DNA from: Octopus vulgaris | Lineage: Eukaryota | NCBI GenBank assembly: GCA_951406725.2 | Contig: OX597831.1 | Coordinates: 75,826,001-75,890,000 of the forward strand | Reading direction: 5' to 3' | DNA length: 64,000 nucleotides | Shown: positions 11,975 to 26,686 of the stretch, piece by piece | Numbering within the stretch: the first letter of the stretch is position 1 | Layout of the letters: every line of letters begins with the position of its first letter | Position numbers and translations under genes: made by a program | Notes under the pieces: model-generated | What the model was told of the DNA's origin: nothing | The model's input: the letters and a program-made list of their open reading frames with translations, nothing else | The model's database searches: none

Positions 11975-12390
11975 ACTCTTTTACTCTTTTACTTGTTTCA
12001 GTCATTTGACTGTGGCCAAGCTGGAACACCGCCTTTAGTCGAGCAAATCGACCCCGGGACTTATTCTTTGTAAGCCCAGTACTTTTTCTATCGGCTCTTT
12101 TGCCGAACCGCTAGGTGACGGGGGCGTAAACACACCAGCATCGGTTGTCAAGCAATGCTAGGGGGACAAACACAGACACACAAACACACACACATACATA
12201 CATACATATATACATACATATATACGACAGGCTTCTCTCAGTTTCCGTCTACCAAATCCTCTCACAAGGCATTGGTCGGCCCGGGGCTATAGCAGAAGAC
12301 ACTTACCCAAGATGCCACGCAGTGGGACTGAACCCGGAACCATGTGGTTGGTTAGCAAGCTACTTACCACACAGCCACTCCCGCGCCTAT
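11975..12390 (-). mobile_element. SINE family 1, full length
   Basis: Reverse-complement match; a partial copy also lies at ~11695-11815. Confidence 0.9.
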
Positions 12391-12516
12391 ATATGTATAT
12401 TTCTATCTATCTATCGATTGATCGATCGATTTACATGTATTTGAATATGTAAAACAATTATGTTACGATTCTGTGTATATTAACATAGATTGTATATGTA
12501 AGTACAATCTCTCTCT

Positions 12517-12552
<36 letters not shown>

Positions 12553-12804
12553 ATATATATATATATATACATGTGAACATGTATGTATAAACTCTCGAGA
12601 GAAAGTGGGATCGTCTCTTTTTGGAAGTACACATAACGCTATAAAAATTAGCATGTAAATATTCAAACTCCTTTTGAATGGAAAAAGGATTCAACCGCCA
12701 TTGGGACTCGAAACCGTGTCTCCTGACAAGCAATTTTAAGTCCGACATGTAGCCTTCGCTATATTCTATCCTAATGGATTTTCCAATTTAATATTTACGT
12801 GTTT

Positions 12805-13210
12805 TAAGGCGGCGAGCTGGCAGAAACGTTAGCACGCCGGGCGAAATACTTAGCAGTATTTCGTCTGTCTTTACGTTTTGACTTCAAATTCCACCGAGGT
12901 CAGCTTTGCTCTTCATCCCTTTGGGGTCGATAAATTAAGTACCAGATGCGTGCTGGAGCCGATCTAATCGACTGGCCCCCTTTCCATGTTTTTATAAGGT
13001 GGCAAGCTGGCAGAATCGTAAGCAGGTTGGGCAAAAAGCTTCACGGTAGATGGTCCGACTTCGTGTTCAGAGTTCAAATTTCACTGACGTCGATTTAGCT
13101 TTTCATGCATTCGAAGTTGATAAAACAAGTACCAGTTGAATATTGGGGTCGATGTAACAGACTTAACTGTCCCTTAAAATAGCTGGCTTTGTGCAAAAAT
13201 TTGAAGTCAA
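12805..13210 (+). mobile_element. Two tandem SINE family 2 copies
   Basis: aaggcggcgagctggcagaaacg at 12806 and aaggtggcaagctggcagaatcg at 12996. Confidence 0.8.
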
Positions 13211-13595
13211 TATTTATAAGCTGTTATTCATCGCTTTATACGTACTTTGGAAACCCCAAAGGAATTATTTCATGGTTGTGTGTATTTCTTAGGTACGGGT
13301 ATTATGGATACGTATCTATGTACCTACACACACGTACGTATGTATATATGCATATATACACATATATACGCATAAAATACATATTCCTAGAAATATTGTA
13401 TAAACATTTGTATATACAATTATCACTTTTTAAATTTGTGTATGTATGTGTATATATATATATGTGTATATATATATGTGCGTGTGTGTGTGTGTGTGTG
13501 TATATGTGTGTGTGTATGTATATATATGTATATGTGCACATTCATATATACGTATACACATACATACATAAAGATATATATATATATATATATGA

Positions 13596-13628
<33 letters not shown>

Positions 13629-13633
13629 TATAA

Positions 13634-13681
<48 letters not shown>

Positions 13682-13839
13682 CAAAATAAGAAAATGGAGA
13701 AATATATCTAAATCATTCATCAACTATCAGATAATACCGAATCATATACTTTATTAAAACCCTACACAAGAGCATTAAGATTAGACATTAATACAGTACA
13801 ATATATATAGACATACATACATATTATATATACACATAC

Positions 13840-14012
13840 ATAGCGCATGAGTGGCTGTGTGGTAAGTAGCTTGTTTACGAACCACATGGTTCCGGGTTCA
13901 GTCCCACTGCGTGGCACCTTGGGCAAGTGTCTTCTACTATAGCCTCGGGCCGACCAAAGCCTTGTGAGTGGATTTGGTAGACAGAAACTGAAAGAAGCCC
14001 GTCGTATATATG

Positions 14013-14047
<35 letters not shown>

Positions 14048-14249
14048 TTGTGTGTCTGTGTTTGTCCCCGTAGCATTGCTTGACAACCGATGTTGGTGTG
14101 TTTATGTCCCCGTAACTTAGCGTTTCGGCAAAAGAGTCCGATAGAATAAGTACTGGGCTTACAAAAAATAAGTCCTGGGGTCGATTTGCTCGATTAAAGG
14201 CGGTGCTTCAGCATGGCCGCAGTCAAATGACTGAAACAAGTAAAAGAAT

Positions 14250-14250
<1 letters not shown>
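13840..14250 (+). mobile_element. SINE family 1, full length
   Basis: Head-to-tail match. Confidence 0.9.
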
Positions 14251-15630
<1,380 letters not shown>

Positions 15631-15810
15631 GAATGGGAAAGTGTCGAGACGGAACAGAAAAAAATATGGAAAAATACAAACAAACAAACAAACAACATAA
15701 ACACAAGGGCCAGAGCAAAAAAAAAAAAAAAAAAACTGCGGAAAAACAGCCCCAAAACAACAGCTAATATGAAATGCAAGTATGGGCGTAGACATCACTT
15801 AAGTTCTGTG

Positions 15811-15880
15811 CTGACGTCACAAAGGAAGCTTGACGCAAACCTGTGGTGAGAAGTGCACCAATGGCCAGTAGCCACGTCAC
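15811..15880. promoter_or_regulatory. Candidate bZIP / ER-stress enhancer: CRE, C/EBP-ATF-like site, ERSE overlapping UPRE
   Basis: TGACGTCA 15812-15819; TGACGCAA 15831-15838; CCAAT-ggccagtag-CCACG 15858-15876 (exact N9 spacing); GCCACGTCA 15871-15879. Confidence 0.55.
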
Positions 15881-16317
15881 AAAAGAGAGCTGAACGTAAG
15901 CAACAAAGGCTTTCTCGAAGGACGGCCGACATCGGCACTGGTTACTCAACACCTGTTATGCTGCCCCACACTTCACGGCTGGTTTATATAATGATTATAA
16001 TTACATCGTGCCGTTAAACACTTAATGGAGGCCTAGACCCGTGCCTGCTGTTCAGGGGTGGGAGATGATAGCGCTAGCCCTACTCCTCCTCCTCCACTCC
16101 CTGCCCTCGGCAATTGAACATTTTAACGTATTATTTTAAGAATACACACCCTCTTGCTTTTTTATGTTTGTTGTTGTGTTTTTTTTAAACTTTTTCCGCC
16201 ATCTTACTTTTCTACTTAAAATTTTTTTTCTCCGTGGTTTTAATGTACGTATGTGGGTATGTCTGTATTTGTGTTTGTCTGTTTGTATATATTATAACGC
16301 ACACACACACACACACT

Positions 16318-16450
<133 letters not shown>

Positions 16451-16687
16451 ATATATATGTATATGTATATATGCACACAAACATTTATAGACATGTATGT
16501 GTATATGTTTGTGTATAGTATACATATTATACATGAATTTTATTTCTTAAATATTTTTCAGGATATATATTTTATATAATAAATGGCTTTCAAATATGTA
16601 TATATAGTTATTATACGTATATCTATATAATTAATACTGTAGATATATATATATATATATTTACATTTATATGATATATATTATTAC

Positions 16688-16748
<61 letters not shown>

Positions 16749-16979
16749 GAGCATGCTTATATGCACACATATATATATATACATAAACATATATACCTAA
16801 ATACATACATATGTACATACATACATACATACACACACATACATACATACATACATACATACATACATACATACATACACACACATACATACATACACAC
16901 ACATACATATATATATACATACATACATACACACACACATACATACATACATACATACATACATACATACATACATACA

Positions 16980-17015
<36 letters not shown>

Positions 17016-17022
17016 TGCGTGA

Positions 17023-17064
<42 letters not shown>

Positions 17065-17739
17065 TCACGCATACACACACGTACATAAAAAAGTATAAAT
17101 TGTTCCAGCCGTGATCATCCCGTCTCAGTCTTTATTTATACTACATAAATCCGGGGTAGCCTGTTTTTTTCCGAAAGACGTTAGGGTGTAATAAAAAGTA
17201 TACACCCAGCGAGCATGACTTTGTAACCTGTAATATGTATTCACTAATTGTTTTTGATCCCTGTGTAGTTTTAACCGTTGTACTGAAATTTGTTTGAAAA
17301 GTTTTGGAAGAAACGCGTAAAGTCTAAACCTAAAACCAGATCGTGGTTTCATGTGGGTCACTGTGAAAGGAACCGTGTAGCAGCCCTTCCGCCGGATTGC
17401 ACTTCTTATTACATACACTTAATCCGTCGGTACCTTAAATAACACCACATGACATTTGGGTCCTTTTAGTAAAGTCCAGTCTATAAAGAGATATGTGGAG
17501 GATGGAGGAAAATTATTTGGCCTTGTCTGATGAAAACCTGAAACTGTCCTCAGTGTTGTTGTTTTCCGCTGACCAAGACTCAAATATATAAATGTCAGAG
17601 CTGACTTGGTCTGTCATTAAAGTCTGTACTTCCTACAAGCCATTGTGAACATGGATGGCCAGTAACAAACAGACAGGTATCTGTGGTAGCCTAATTAAAC
17701 GGTAAAGGTTACCAATATTACGATGCTACCATCATGAAG

Positions 17740-18240
17740 GGTTACAAACATGAATATGAAGCCCTCGCTCCCTATGGTCACTGCCGTCCACTTTAGGCTG
17801 TCTTTTCTGATTCTCTCCAGTTGAATTCTTGCTTTCTCAGCTCTATTTCAGTGTCCCACCACCAGCTATTTTTAGGGTGTCCTCTCTTGCGCCTCCCTTG
17901 TGGGTGCAGGACGTGTAATGCAGGGTGTTGGTTTCCTTAACGCGTGACCCATCCATCCTTTCAAATTTTCCTGCACTGCATCATATGTTTCCATGAGGAA
18001 ATGCTTGCCTACCTCAGATCTTTGTGGTTCTAAATTGTTATCGATGCTTTTGTAACCTTGCTAGCGTGTAGGCCCTATGAAAACCCATTTTTAACTCTGG
18101 GAAAGGGATGTTCCACATGAATCTGGCCTCTATCTTTTGATCTGTCCAGCATGGGAGGTCCTACCAGGAACTTGTGTCCCACTAGCATAGCTCTCAGGGT
18201 CACTGGGGTGCAACAAGTCACCATACTGCGGTAGGAATTG
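17740..18240 (-). mobile_element. Decayed, internally deleted RTE-type element (5' region motif joined to ORF 3' end)
   Basis: Minus strand PQGRRKRGHPKNSWWWDTEIEL near 17830-17905; motif gaccctgagagctatgct...cctggtaggacctcccatgc...agatc...gaggccaga resembles RTE/Expander 5' regions (from memory). Confidence 0.6.
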
Positions 18241-18289
18241 GATTTTATGGTGGTTATCAACCGTAAGGGTCACCGATATTAAGGGCTGT

Positions 18290-18510
18290 GGAAGGACGGC
18301 GAGTTGACCAGAATCGTTAGCATATCATGCAAAATGCTTTGCAGTATTTCGTCTGCCTTTACGTTTTGAGTGCAAATTCCGCCGAGATCGACTTTATTTT
18401 TCATCCTTTCGGAGTCAATAAAATAAGTACCAGTTGAACACGGGGGTAGATGTCCTTGACTGATCCTCTCTCCCGAAACTGTTGGCCTTGCGCCAGAACT
18501 TGAAACCAAT
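18290..18510 (+). mobile_element. SINE family 2
   Basis: ggcgagttgaccagaatcgttagc...ttcatcctttcggagtcaataaaataagtaccag. Confidence 0.8.
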
Positions 18511-18611
18511 ATTAAATGCTGTGAAACCGAGTCGTTAACAAACTGATTTCTTCAACGTTATATGATTTCTTTCCGTTTGGTTCCACAAAATAAAACACTG
18601 TAAAGGACGTG

Positions 18612-18765
18612 GGGCGTGAAGACGCACGGTCAAGCGGTTAGGGAGGTGCACTCATGATCGTAAGATTGTGGTTTCGATATTTGACCAAGTGGTACGTTGT
18701 GTTCTTGAGCAAAATACCACATTTTCTCGTTACTGCAGTCCACTCAGCTGGTAATTAGTTCCAGC
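18612..18765 (+). mobile_element. Old tRNA-derived SINE with CORE-like domain
   Basis: A/B-box-like head followed by gttgtgttcttgagcaaaatac...cagtccactcagctg. Confidence 0.55.
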
Positions 18766-18899
18766 ACTACTTCGGGAGTTTAACCCCTCAAGGGGACAGC
18801 GTCGAGTTCGACGATGAGTGACGTAATTACAATAATTTATTTTATAGGGAAACCGGATAAAGCCCCGGCTTTTTGATTCCTAAGGCTCATGGCAGGCTC

Positions 18900-19130
18900 T
18901 GAAATGCGTGGGGTGATAAGCCCTGATGGGTGGGGGTGACAGGTCCTGAAAGGTGTGGGGTGACAGGTCCTGAAGGGTGTGGAGTGACAGGCCCTGAAGG
19001 GCGTGGGGTGACAGGACCTGAAGGGCGTGGGGTGACAGGCTCTGAAGGGCGTGGGGGTGACAGGCCCCAAAGGACGTGAGTGACAAGCTCTGAAGGACGT
19101 GGGTGACAGACCCCGAAGGACGTGGGGTAC
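18900..19130. repeat. G-rich ~22-bp minisatellite (gaagggcgtggggtgacaggccct-like), about 10 units
   Basis: Read directly. Confidence 0.9.
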
Positions 19131-19956
19131 TGAATCGGACACACCTTATTGGGTCTTTATAGTAACACCTTAAGGGTTACAGTCAAAGTAAAGCCCCTTC
19201 TGATTTCGAATTTATATTGTAGAAAGTGGAAGTCAATAAAGTTAGGGTCATTTGGTTGCGTGGGGAAAGTTTTGAAACGTTTATCAGTGTTAGTTTAAAC
19301 CAGCCATATCCGGCCCATCTGTTCTGCAGCTGATAAGGCCATCTGTAGTAGCGGCCATATTAAGCTGCTGTTGTTGCCTGGTCATCTGATTGAACGGAAC
19401 TATTATCAACTCCCATCCATGACTATCATGTCTTCTAAGGAGTATCTAAGACTTTGTTATCTAATGTAAAATCTATTTACTTCAAGACAGAATGGTGTGA
19501 TTTTGGGGGCAAGCTGGTCGTTATTTCTAGCTGGCCGAGCACTCTTGATGAATCGAGTCCTGAAATCTTAGATCATGGAGTTAATCCTCTCAATTATGAG
19601 GTATCTAATTTGTGTATTAAATAATCAACTTAAATTTAATGTATGTAAATCTAAGAGGTTTTATTATTTTGAGGGGTCGGTGCTCAAGTTCGGTTTCCTG
19701 GCAGGAAGCGGAACGTGAAATTACATATACTTCCTGGATGGAACGCAGGTTTATCTTAATACAAATATTTCCTTGGAGCAATGTTGAATAAAGTGCTCTG
19801 GCCAGCTGTATTTCTGCGGTCTCGTTACTTAAATCTACATAACGGAAATGAATAGCGAAGGATTTGAACTCGCGCTTTTGAAGAACATAGAAGTATTGTA
19901 TCTTATATCCTTCCCTCTGTCATCTCACCACATTTATATCTATTGCTACATAAATA

Positions 19957-19987
<31 letters not shown>

Positions 19988-20063
19988 TGAATAATATTGA
20001 TACTAGTTAATATAAATAAAGTTTATTTTCATCTCAAAATTATTATCTTTAAGCTAAGCTAGG

Positions 20064-20162
<99 letters not shown>

Positions 20163-20814
20163 TGTGTGTGTGAAGCAGCATTTACATCCTAAAAATCTAG
20201 AAACTTCGAGAGAATGTGTATTCATCAATAATGGTCGCACTCGAAGGAGATACAGCTATAAATGAATGAGAAAGGTTTGCACGCTTTTATCTATAGCTTT
20301 ATCTAGTTCGAGTTCAGCGTATTGTCAACGCATTATAAAGCAACACAACAATGTTAAGACACACGATAGCATATAAGACAGCACAATAATAAATTTAAGT
20401 GGCATGATATTACGATATTAAACCGTGACTTAATTCTTGTTTTACTCGAGTTGATCTCCACAGCCATTCGGCGTTCAAAACATCGTATTGTATTTTATAA
20501 TTAAATATTATTAGGAACAGTTTTAAGAAAAACTGTAAAGATATCTTGTGGACTGTAGTAGTATAACCAGTTTATTGCACAGAAATTTTAACAACAAAAT
20601 CTTACAGGGACCCTTAACAGTCATATGGACCCCACTTCCCAGTTGAGGACCTCTGATTGAAACGTTTGTGATGCTTAACATAGTATATTACACTGTTGCT
20701 TAATAAATTATAATAAATTATAATAAGTTATGATAAATTATAATAAATTATGATAAAGGCTACAGTTACTTAATCAATTCTGCTACTACTTAATGGAATG
20801 TTCTATATTTAATA

Positions 20815-21544
20815 TTGGATTCAGCTTTTGGCACAAGGCCAGCAATTTCGTGGGGAAGGGTTATGTCGATAACAACGACCCCAAGGATGAAAAGCAAAGT
20901 CGACCTCAGTGGGATTCGAACACAGGACGTGAAGACAGACGAAATGTCGCCGACTATTTCGTCCAGAGTGCTCACGATTCTGTCAGCTCAACTATCTTAT
21001 ACTTAACACACACGAACATAAATTATGCTTTTTCTTGTTTCAGTCATTAGATTGCGGACATGCTGGAACATCGCTTGGGAAGGGGGGGGGGTTAGTCGCA
21101 CAGATTGACCCCACCACTTTTAAATCCGGAACCTGTTTTTTCTGTTTCTTAGGCCGAATCGCTAAATGATGGAGACGTAAACAAACCAGCACCGGTTGTC
21201 AAGAGATGTTGGAGGGACAATTACAAACACGAAGATACACATAAACACACGCTCGCGTACATATACATAGGACGGGATTCCACGCAGTTTCCGTCGATCA
21301 AATCCACTCACAAGGCATTGGTCAGACCGCAGTTATAGTAGAAGACACTTGCCCAAGGTGCCACACATCGGGACTGAACCCGAAACCACGTGGTTGCAAC
21401 GCAAACTTCTCAATCAAGCCATATATATATATATATATATGTATATATCTTTCACTTGTTTCAGTCACTGGGCAGCGACCATGCTGGGGTATCACCTGCA
21501 AGAATTTTAGTCAAATGAATTGACCCCTTCATATCTTGCAGCCC

Positions 21545-21598
<54 letters not shown>

Positions 21599-21826
21599 TA
21601 TATATGTATATGTGTGTGTGTGTGTGTATGTGTATGTATATATGTATGTATGTATGTATTTATAACGGGCTTCTTCCAGTTTCCGTCAACTCAATTCCCT
21701 CGTAAGGCATTGGTCGGCCCGAGGCTATAGTAGAAGACACTTGCCCGAAGTGCCATGCAGCGGGATTGAACCGGGAACCAAGTGGTTAGGAAGCAAGCTT
21801 CTTACCACACAATCAGTCCTGCGCAT
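20815..21826 (-). mobile_element. Cluster of decayed SINEs (family 2 at ~20815-20990; family 1 at ~21030-21420 and ~21450-21826)
   Basis: Reverse-complement matches. Confidence 0.75.
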
Positions 21827-21841
21827 AAACACACACACACA

Positions 21842-21875
<34 letters not shown>

Positions 21876-22206
21876 AGGACAAACTATCATAATATAGTGT
21901 ATAAGCTTACACAAACACAACTTGATCCACGAGTTGTGTTTTCCTTTTTATTTTAACAAACATTATTCAATACATAAACTTTTATCAAGGCATGATATAA
22001 AAGTCTTCTGCGTATATTATTTGATACACCTTGTTGCATATGCTTTGGTGAACTAAGCTGAACAGGGGTGACTCTGCAAGCCGACATTACGACAGGGTTT
22101 CGATTCCTGATAGTAGTTAATTCGTAGTTCCTCTGGGAATGGAACGAGTATCATACTCAAGTACTCCTGTGCTAATGCACGGAATTCACGGTCCCTAATT
22201 CACTCT

Positions 22207-22249
<43 letters not shown>

Positions 22250-22465
22250 TAATAATACAACCATATTATCTATCTCTGTATCTCTCCATTTATATATTGG
22301 TCAAAACGTGCTTGACCCAACAAGGTGTTGAGTCGAGCTCAAACGAACCTTGACCACAATAGCATACTGTCTTTATCATATGTTAGGGTATATATTTTAT
22401 ATGGTAAGAGATGCATGGGAATATATTCTGTATTGTCTTTATAATAAATATACCTCATACACACA

Positions 22466-22508
<43 letters not shown>

Positions 22509-22536
22509 CATACATATATATATCCATATATGTGTG

Positions 22537-22581
<45 letters not shown>

Positions 22582-22599
22582 CATACATATATATATCCA

Positions 22600-22645
<46 letters not shown>

Positions 22646-22766
22646 CGGTAGGAGGTGTGAGGGATACATATACATTGTACACAAACTGTATAAGGTGTTT
22701 AGGTATATATTGTGTATATATGTATATGTGTGTTGTGTATACATGGCACATAATCTGCATGACCGG

Positions 22767-22798
<32 letters not shown>

Positions 22799-22835
22799 CA
22801 TACACACATATATATATATATATATATACACACAT

Positions 22836-22899
<64 letters not shown>

Positions 22900-25800
22900 T
22901 ATATGGGTGTGTGGGTATATATTGCACATAGTATGTATGAAACAGGCGACAGGATAATTTCCGACAATTAGTAATAGGGAAGTGATTTCGATTCTTAACC
23001 GAGGCTAATCCACTTAACAAGATGACCTTAACTACGCGCTTAAAAAAACCATGAACACCACAACGTAACATTTACTGCAACGAGGAAACCTCGACCTAAC
23101 AGATATTGCAGCCAAACCTCCCTCAAACTACATCGGGTCCTCTTAAAAATAGATGTAACTTACTAGATAATGCAGTTCTTGGTGTCTGAAAAGTTATGAC
23201 GGATTGGTCATCTCTGGAAGGTCTTTTATTATATCTCTGTTAGGGCCGACGTGGCTTTAAACAACTACAAAAGCGGCAAATATCTTGCTAGAAATATGCA
23301 ACGTTTGTAACAGTAAAAATATAAAATCGAAACTATTTTTAAAAACGAGTTTGCATTTCAGTTTTGATTCTCGGTTTTATTTTTCTCCTCTTCACCTAAC
23401 TCGCTAATATGTTTGGGAAAGGCATGAATGCTTCTCGAAATCACCTCCTATTTATAATGAGGATAAAACAAGAACGTTTAATAAAATAACCACAAATAAT
23501 TCCGATGTAAGAGCTAAGCTATAACTATTTCACTTTTATTTAAAAGCAACATAAACCTCCGGACGAAGCATTAATGATACAAAATCTCTTTGCTTCTCCA
23601 TATAAATAAAATATTCTTTCTTCCTATGTTTTCACTCAACCATTCTCTTATTTTTAATGAAAACTTTTTTGATTTAAGCAATATATACAAATATTCCTTA
23701 CTCCTTTGACTATCTGCCATGTAAAAACGAGAAAACATTTTTTTGCGCTTATATTTTGCTTAGAAATATCCTTAATAAAATTTTAAAACTGGAAAATGTA
23801 GGTCTTAATTTCGAACACTTTCTGAAGTGATTTTATCTTTTTAAATAAATAACTGAAAATAGAAATAATTTTACTTGGATGTATAAAAGTTAACCGCTTC
23901 TTATCCAAAAAAAAAAAAAAAGAAAAAAAATCTCCGAGAGCTGCAATTGTAATAAATTCGTAATAAATTTTAGGGGTACCGAATTATTTAAGCTTCTTCC
24001 GAAAGTATCACCTTGAAATTTAAAGACTATTAAATTCGGTTTCTTTCTTTAAAAAAAAAATTGTATTTTAATTTCAATTAATTTAAATCATTTTAATTAA
24101 ACGCATTTAGTTTGTTTAAATACTAATATTTTTATTAAAGTTATGAGAAGTTACAACAGATTTTTCGTAGATAGACTGCGCCCTTCCCTAAAAATGACGC
24201 CGACTCTAGCTTAAAACCCTTACAGTGAGAGGTCAGCCGGCTGTCTAATCTATGATTTATGTACATTGAACTACAAATTCAACTAACCGCATCTATATAG
24301 TAAGTAAAATACAAACACCAAATCTACTATAAAGTTGTTCCATATGACCAACAAATGTTGTTTAACTAAAAATGAAAGGTTTTGTGCGATGTCCAGTCGT
24401 GATCGGAAAACCGCGAATAACATTTTAAATCTTTCTGTTACTGAACTGAGGTATTTTTGTCTATTATACAAATATTTTTCAGAATAAAATAAAACTTTTA
24501 AAAGTATTTTTAAAAATAAACATTATGTATAAATATATTTGAGTTTTTAGAAAGCGATCTGATAAGTTCGACCAGGATCCAGGTCGATAGGAAAATATCC
24601 GGAGTGCGGCTATCCTCGGTCAAGCAGAACACATCTTCTAAATGGAGAAAAAAACGGGAAGCACCGTCTAACAAAGCCTCCAGAAGTTCAAGGGGAGATA
24701 AATCACAGAGACTATTTAGCAAGAGTAAGAAAACTTTGATGTAAAGTTCAGAAAAAAACTCCACAAAACACGAGTTTTACCCGAAAGTTTTGCGAGTTTT
24801 TCTGGTCAAAACATTCAATTTTTAAATAGATTTTTCGATAAAATTTATTATCTATGATAAACACTGGATAAATTATACAAAATTTAACATATTTCATATA
24901 TATTAATGTTGTAAAGTTTAATCAGAAACTAGTTAAGAAGTGAGTATCAATGGATTTAAAAATTAAAATTTCACTTCCCCGATACTCTCCATAATGAAAT
25001 CAGCATTAAAACTTCAATTTCTATTTTAACTTCACAAAAGTTTAATTTTTTTTCAACTAATCTATGAATTATTTACTACAGAAAATAAATTAATTCTAGT
25101 TAATTCTCTCAAAAGTTAAACAATTTCAATAACTTAATTAGTTCATATAATAATAATTATTATTAATTTAATTACTACCTTATTAAAGGATAATTGTTCT
25201 TATAAAACTCTTCTTTTTCATGTGTAAATTTCTTTAATTACTTTTATTAAAATCTCCAAAATTATAGACATTGTTGCCAAGAAGAGCGAGTTGGATATAT
25301 TTATGAAATATCATAATAGATATGACAAAGGAAATAATAATAGTAATAAAACGCACAGAAAACACACAAATTCGTAATTATTAAATTTCTAAATTAAAAT
25401 TTCTTACAAGTTTCGGTTTTCCAGAACAAAAACTGTTATTTCAATAATGTAACACTGAAGAATTAAACGTTTTATTTCAAACGTTGTAGTTAGAACAGAA
25501 AATATGACTGATCCAGAGCTGTGGCAGATCGCCATTGTTCGAGTCTTTTCTTTGTTTTAAAATGTCTTGGCTAGTTATTTGCTAACTAGAATATTATACT
25601 AACGTTACAGCAGATTAATATTAAAATATATTACAATCTTCTTTGTTACTAAGAAACCACAGAAGCAATGAATTGAACATTAGCTCCAGCAGAATCAACA
25701 AGCCGGGCTAAAAGATTTGCTAAGAAAATTTGTGAAAGAATAGAATAAAGGAAGAGAGAAAAAAAATAAACAAAATAACAATTGAGCCTATTCCATATGG

Positions 25801-26686
25801 ATGAAATATGGATTAAAAAAAATATATTTTTTGTTTATTGCGCCTTTTGGGCAGATTGAAAGGGTTAGATTTAGCATGAAACAACACCTTGCTTGTATGA
25901 CTCTTTAATCAGCCGTCCTCAGCCCCCTGCCGCGTCCTACAATCAAATGAGGGGGGCCAAGCTCTCCTGTTGGTCGCAGCAGGATTTGGAGTTGGGGGTA
26001 TTATATTCGCTTTCACTGTGGTCCGAGTAGAAGGGGAGAAGGAGAAGCTGGGGGAAGAAAAAAATCGAATAAAATAAAATGTAAAAGAGATGAGTGCTGC
26101 TACAACAGTTGGTGCTCGTCACATGTATAGAAGCTGGAATGAACCCACTTGATGTATGTTAATCAGGAAGAAAATTGACTTGGCTTGCAGCTGTAAGGTT
26201 GCATGCACAAAAGAAGATCGGTTCCGGTAGATGCGCAAAGAAACACGGCAGTAGATTCACAGTAAATTGACCAAGCACAAGACAAAGCTGTTTGGAATAG
26301 AGACTTTCTAATGCGACATTTCGGTTGTTGTCAAAAAATAATCAAGGCAAAGCCCCAGCTGGGGTATCGTTTGCTTTGTGTTGATTTATCCGTGACTTGT
26401 CTTCGTGTGATGAAGGAGAGAAAGGAAAATCAGGGAAGAATAAAAAAGAAAAAGGAAAAGAGATGAAGGAAAAATGTAAAATAAATAAAAAGAAAAATTT
26501 TAGAAAGGGGAAAAAAATGCTAGACGCAAGAACACATTCTCAAATCGCCATAACTTTTGAAAGGTCTTTCTTTCAGTTTACAAAGCTTGTTTCATGATAT
26601 ATCTTTGTCTTTGTGTACTCGACAAAAACTGATATAATGAGAAAATCTGTGTTCCTTTTAGAAACACGCTGTCTATTTTTTTTTAT

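Noticed and set aside
12692-12770. tRNA-Leu(TAA)-like sequence on the minus strand
   Set aside because: Has a B box and an anticodon-like loop but the acceptor stem does not pair; at most a decayed SINE head or pseudo-tRNA.
17292-17322. GAAACGCGTA resembling a PLE hammerhead stem III
   Set aside because: Upstream core is too degenerate (TTGAAAA) to call.
17525-17550. CTGATGA-aaacct-GAAA-ctgTC hammerhead-like core
   Set aside because: No stem II pairing and no convincing stem I.
18837-19144. Pro-rich repeat ORFs; array superficially CRISPR-like
   Set aside because: Minisatellite open in all three frames, with no unique spacers and no cas genes; eukaryotic context.
26340-26386. Imperfect hairpin aatcaaggcaaagccccagctggggtatcgtttgctttgtgttgatt as a possible pre-miRNA
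   Set aside because: Too short and bulged, and no recognisable conserved mature miRNA.
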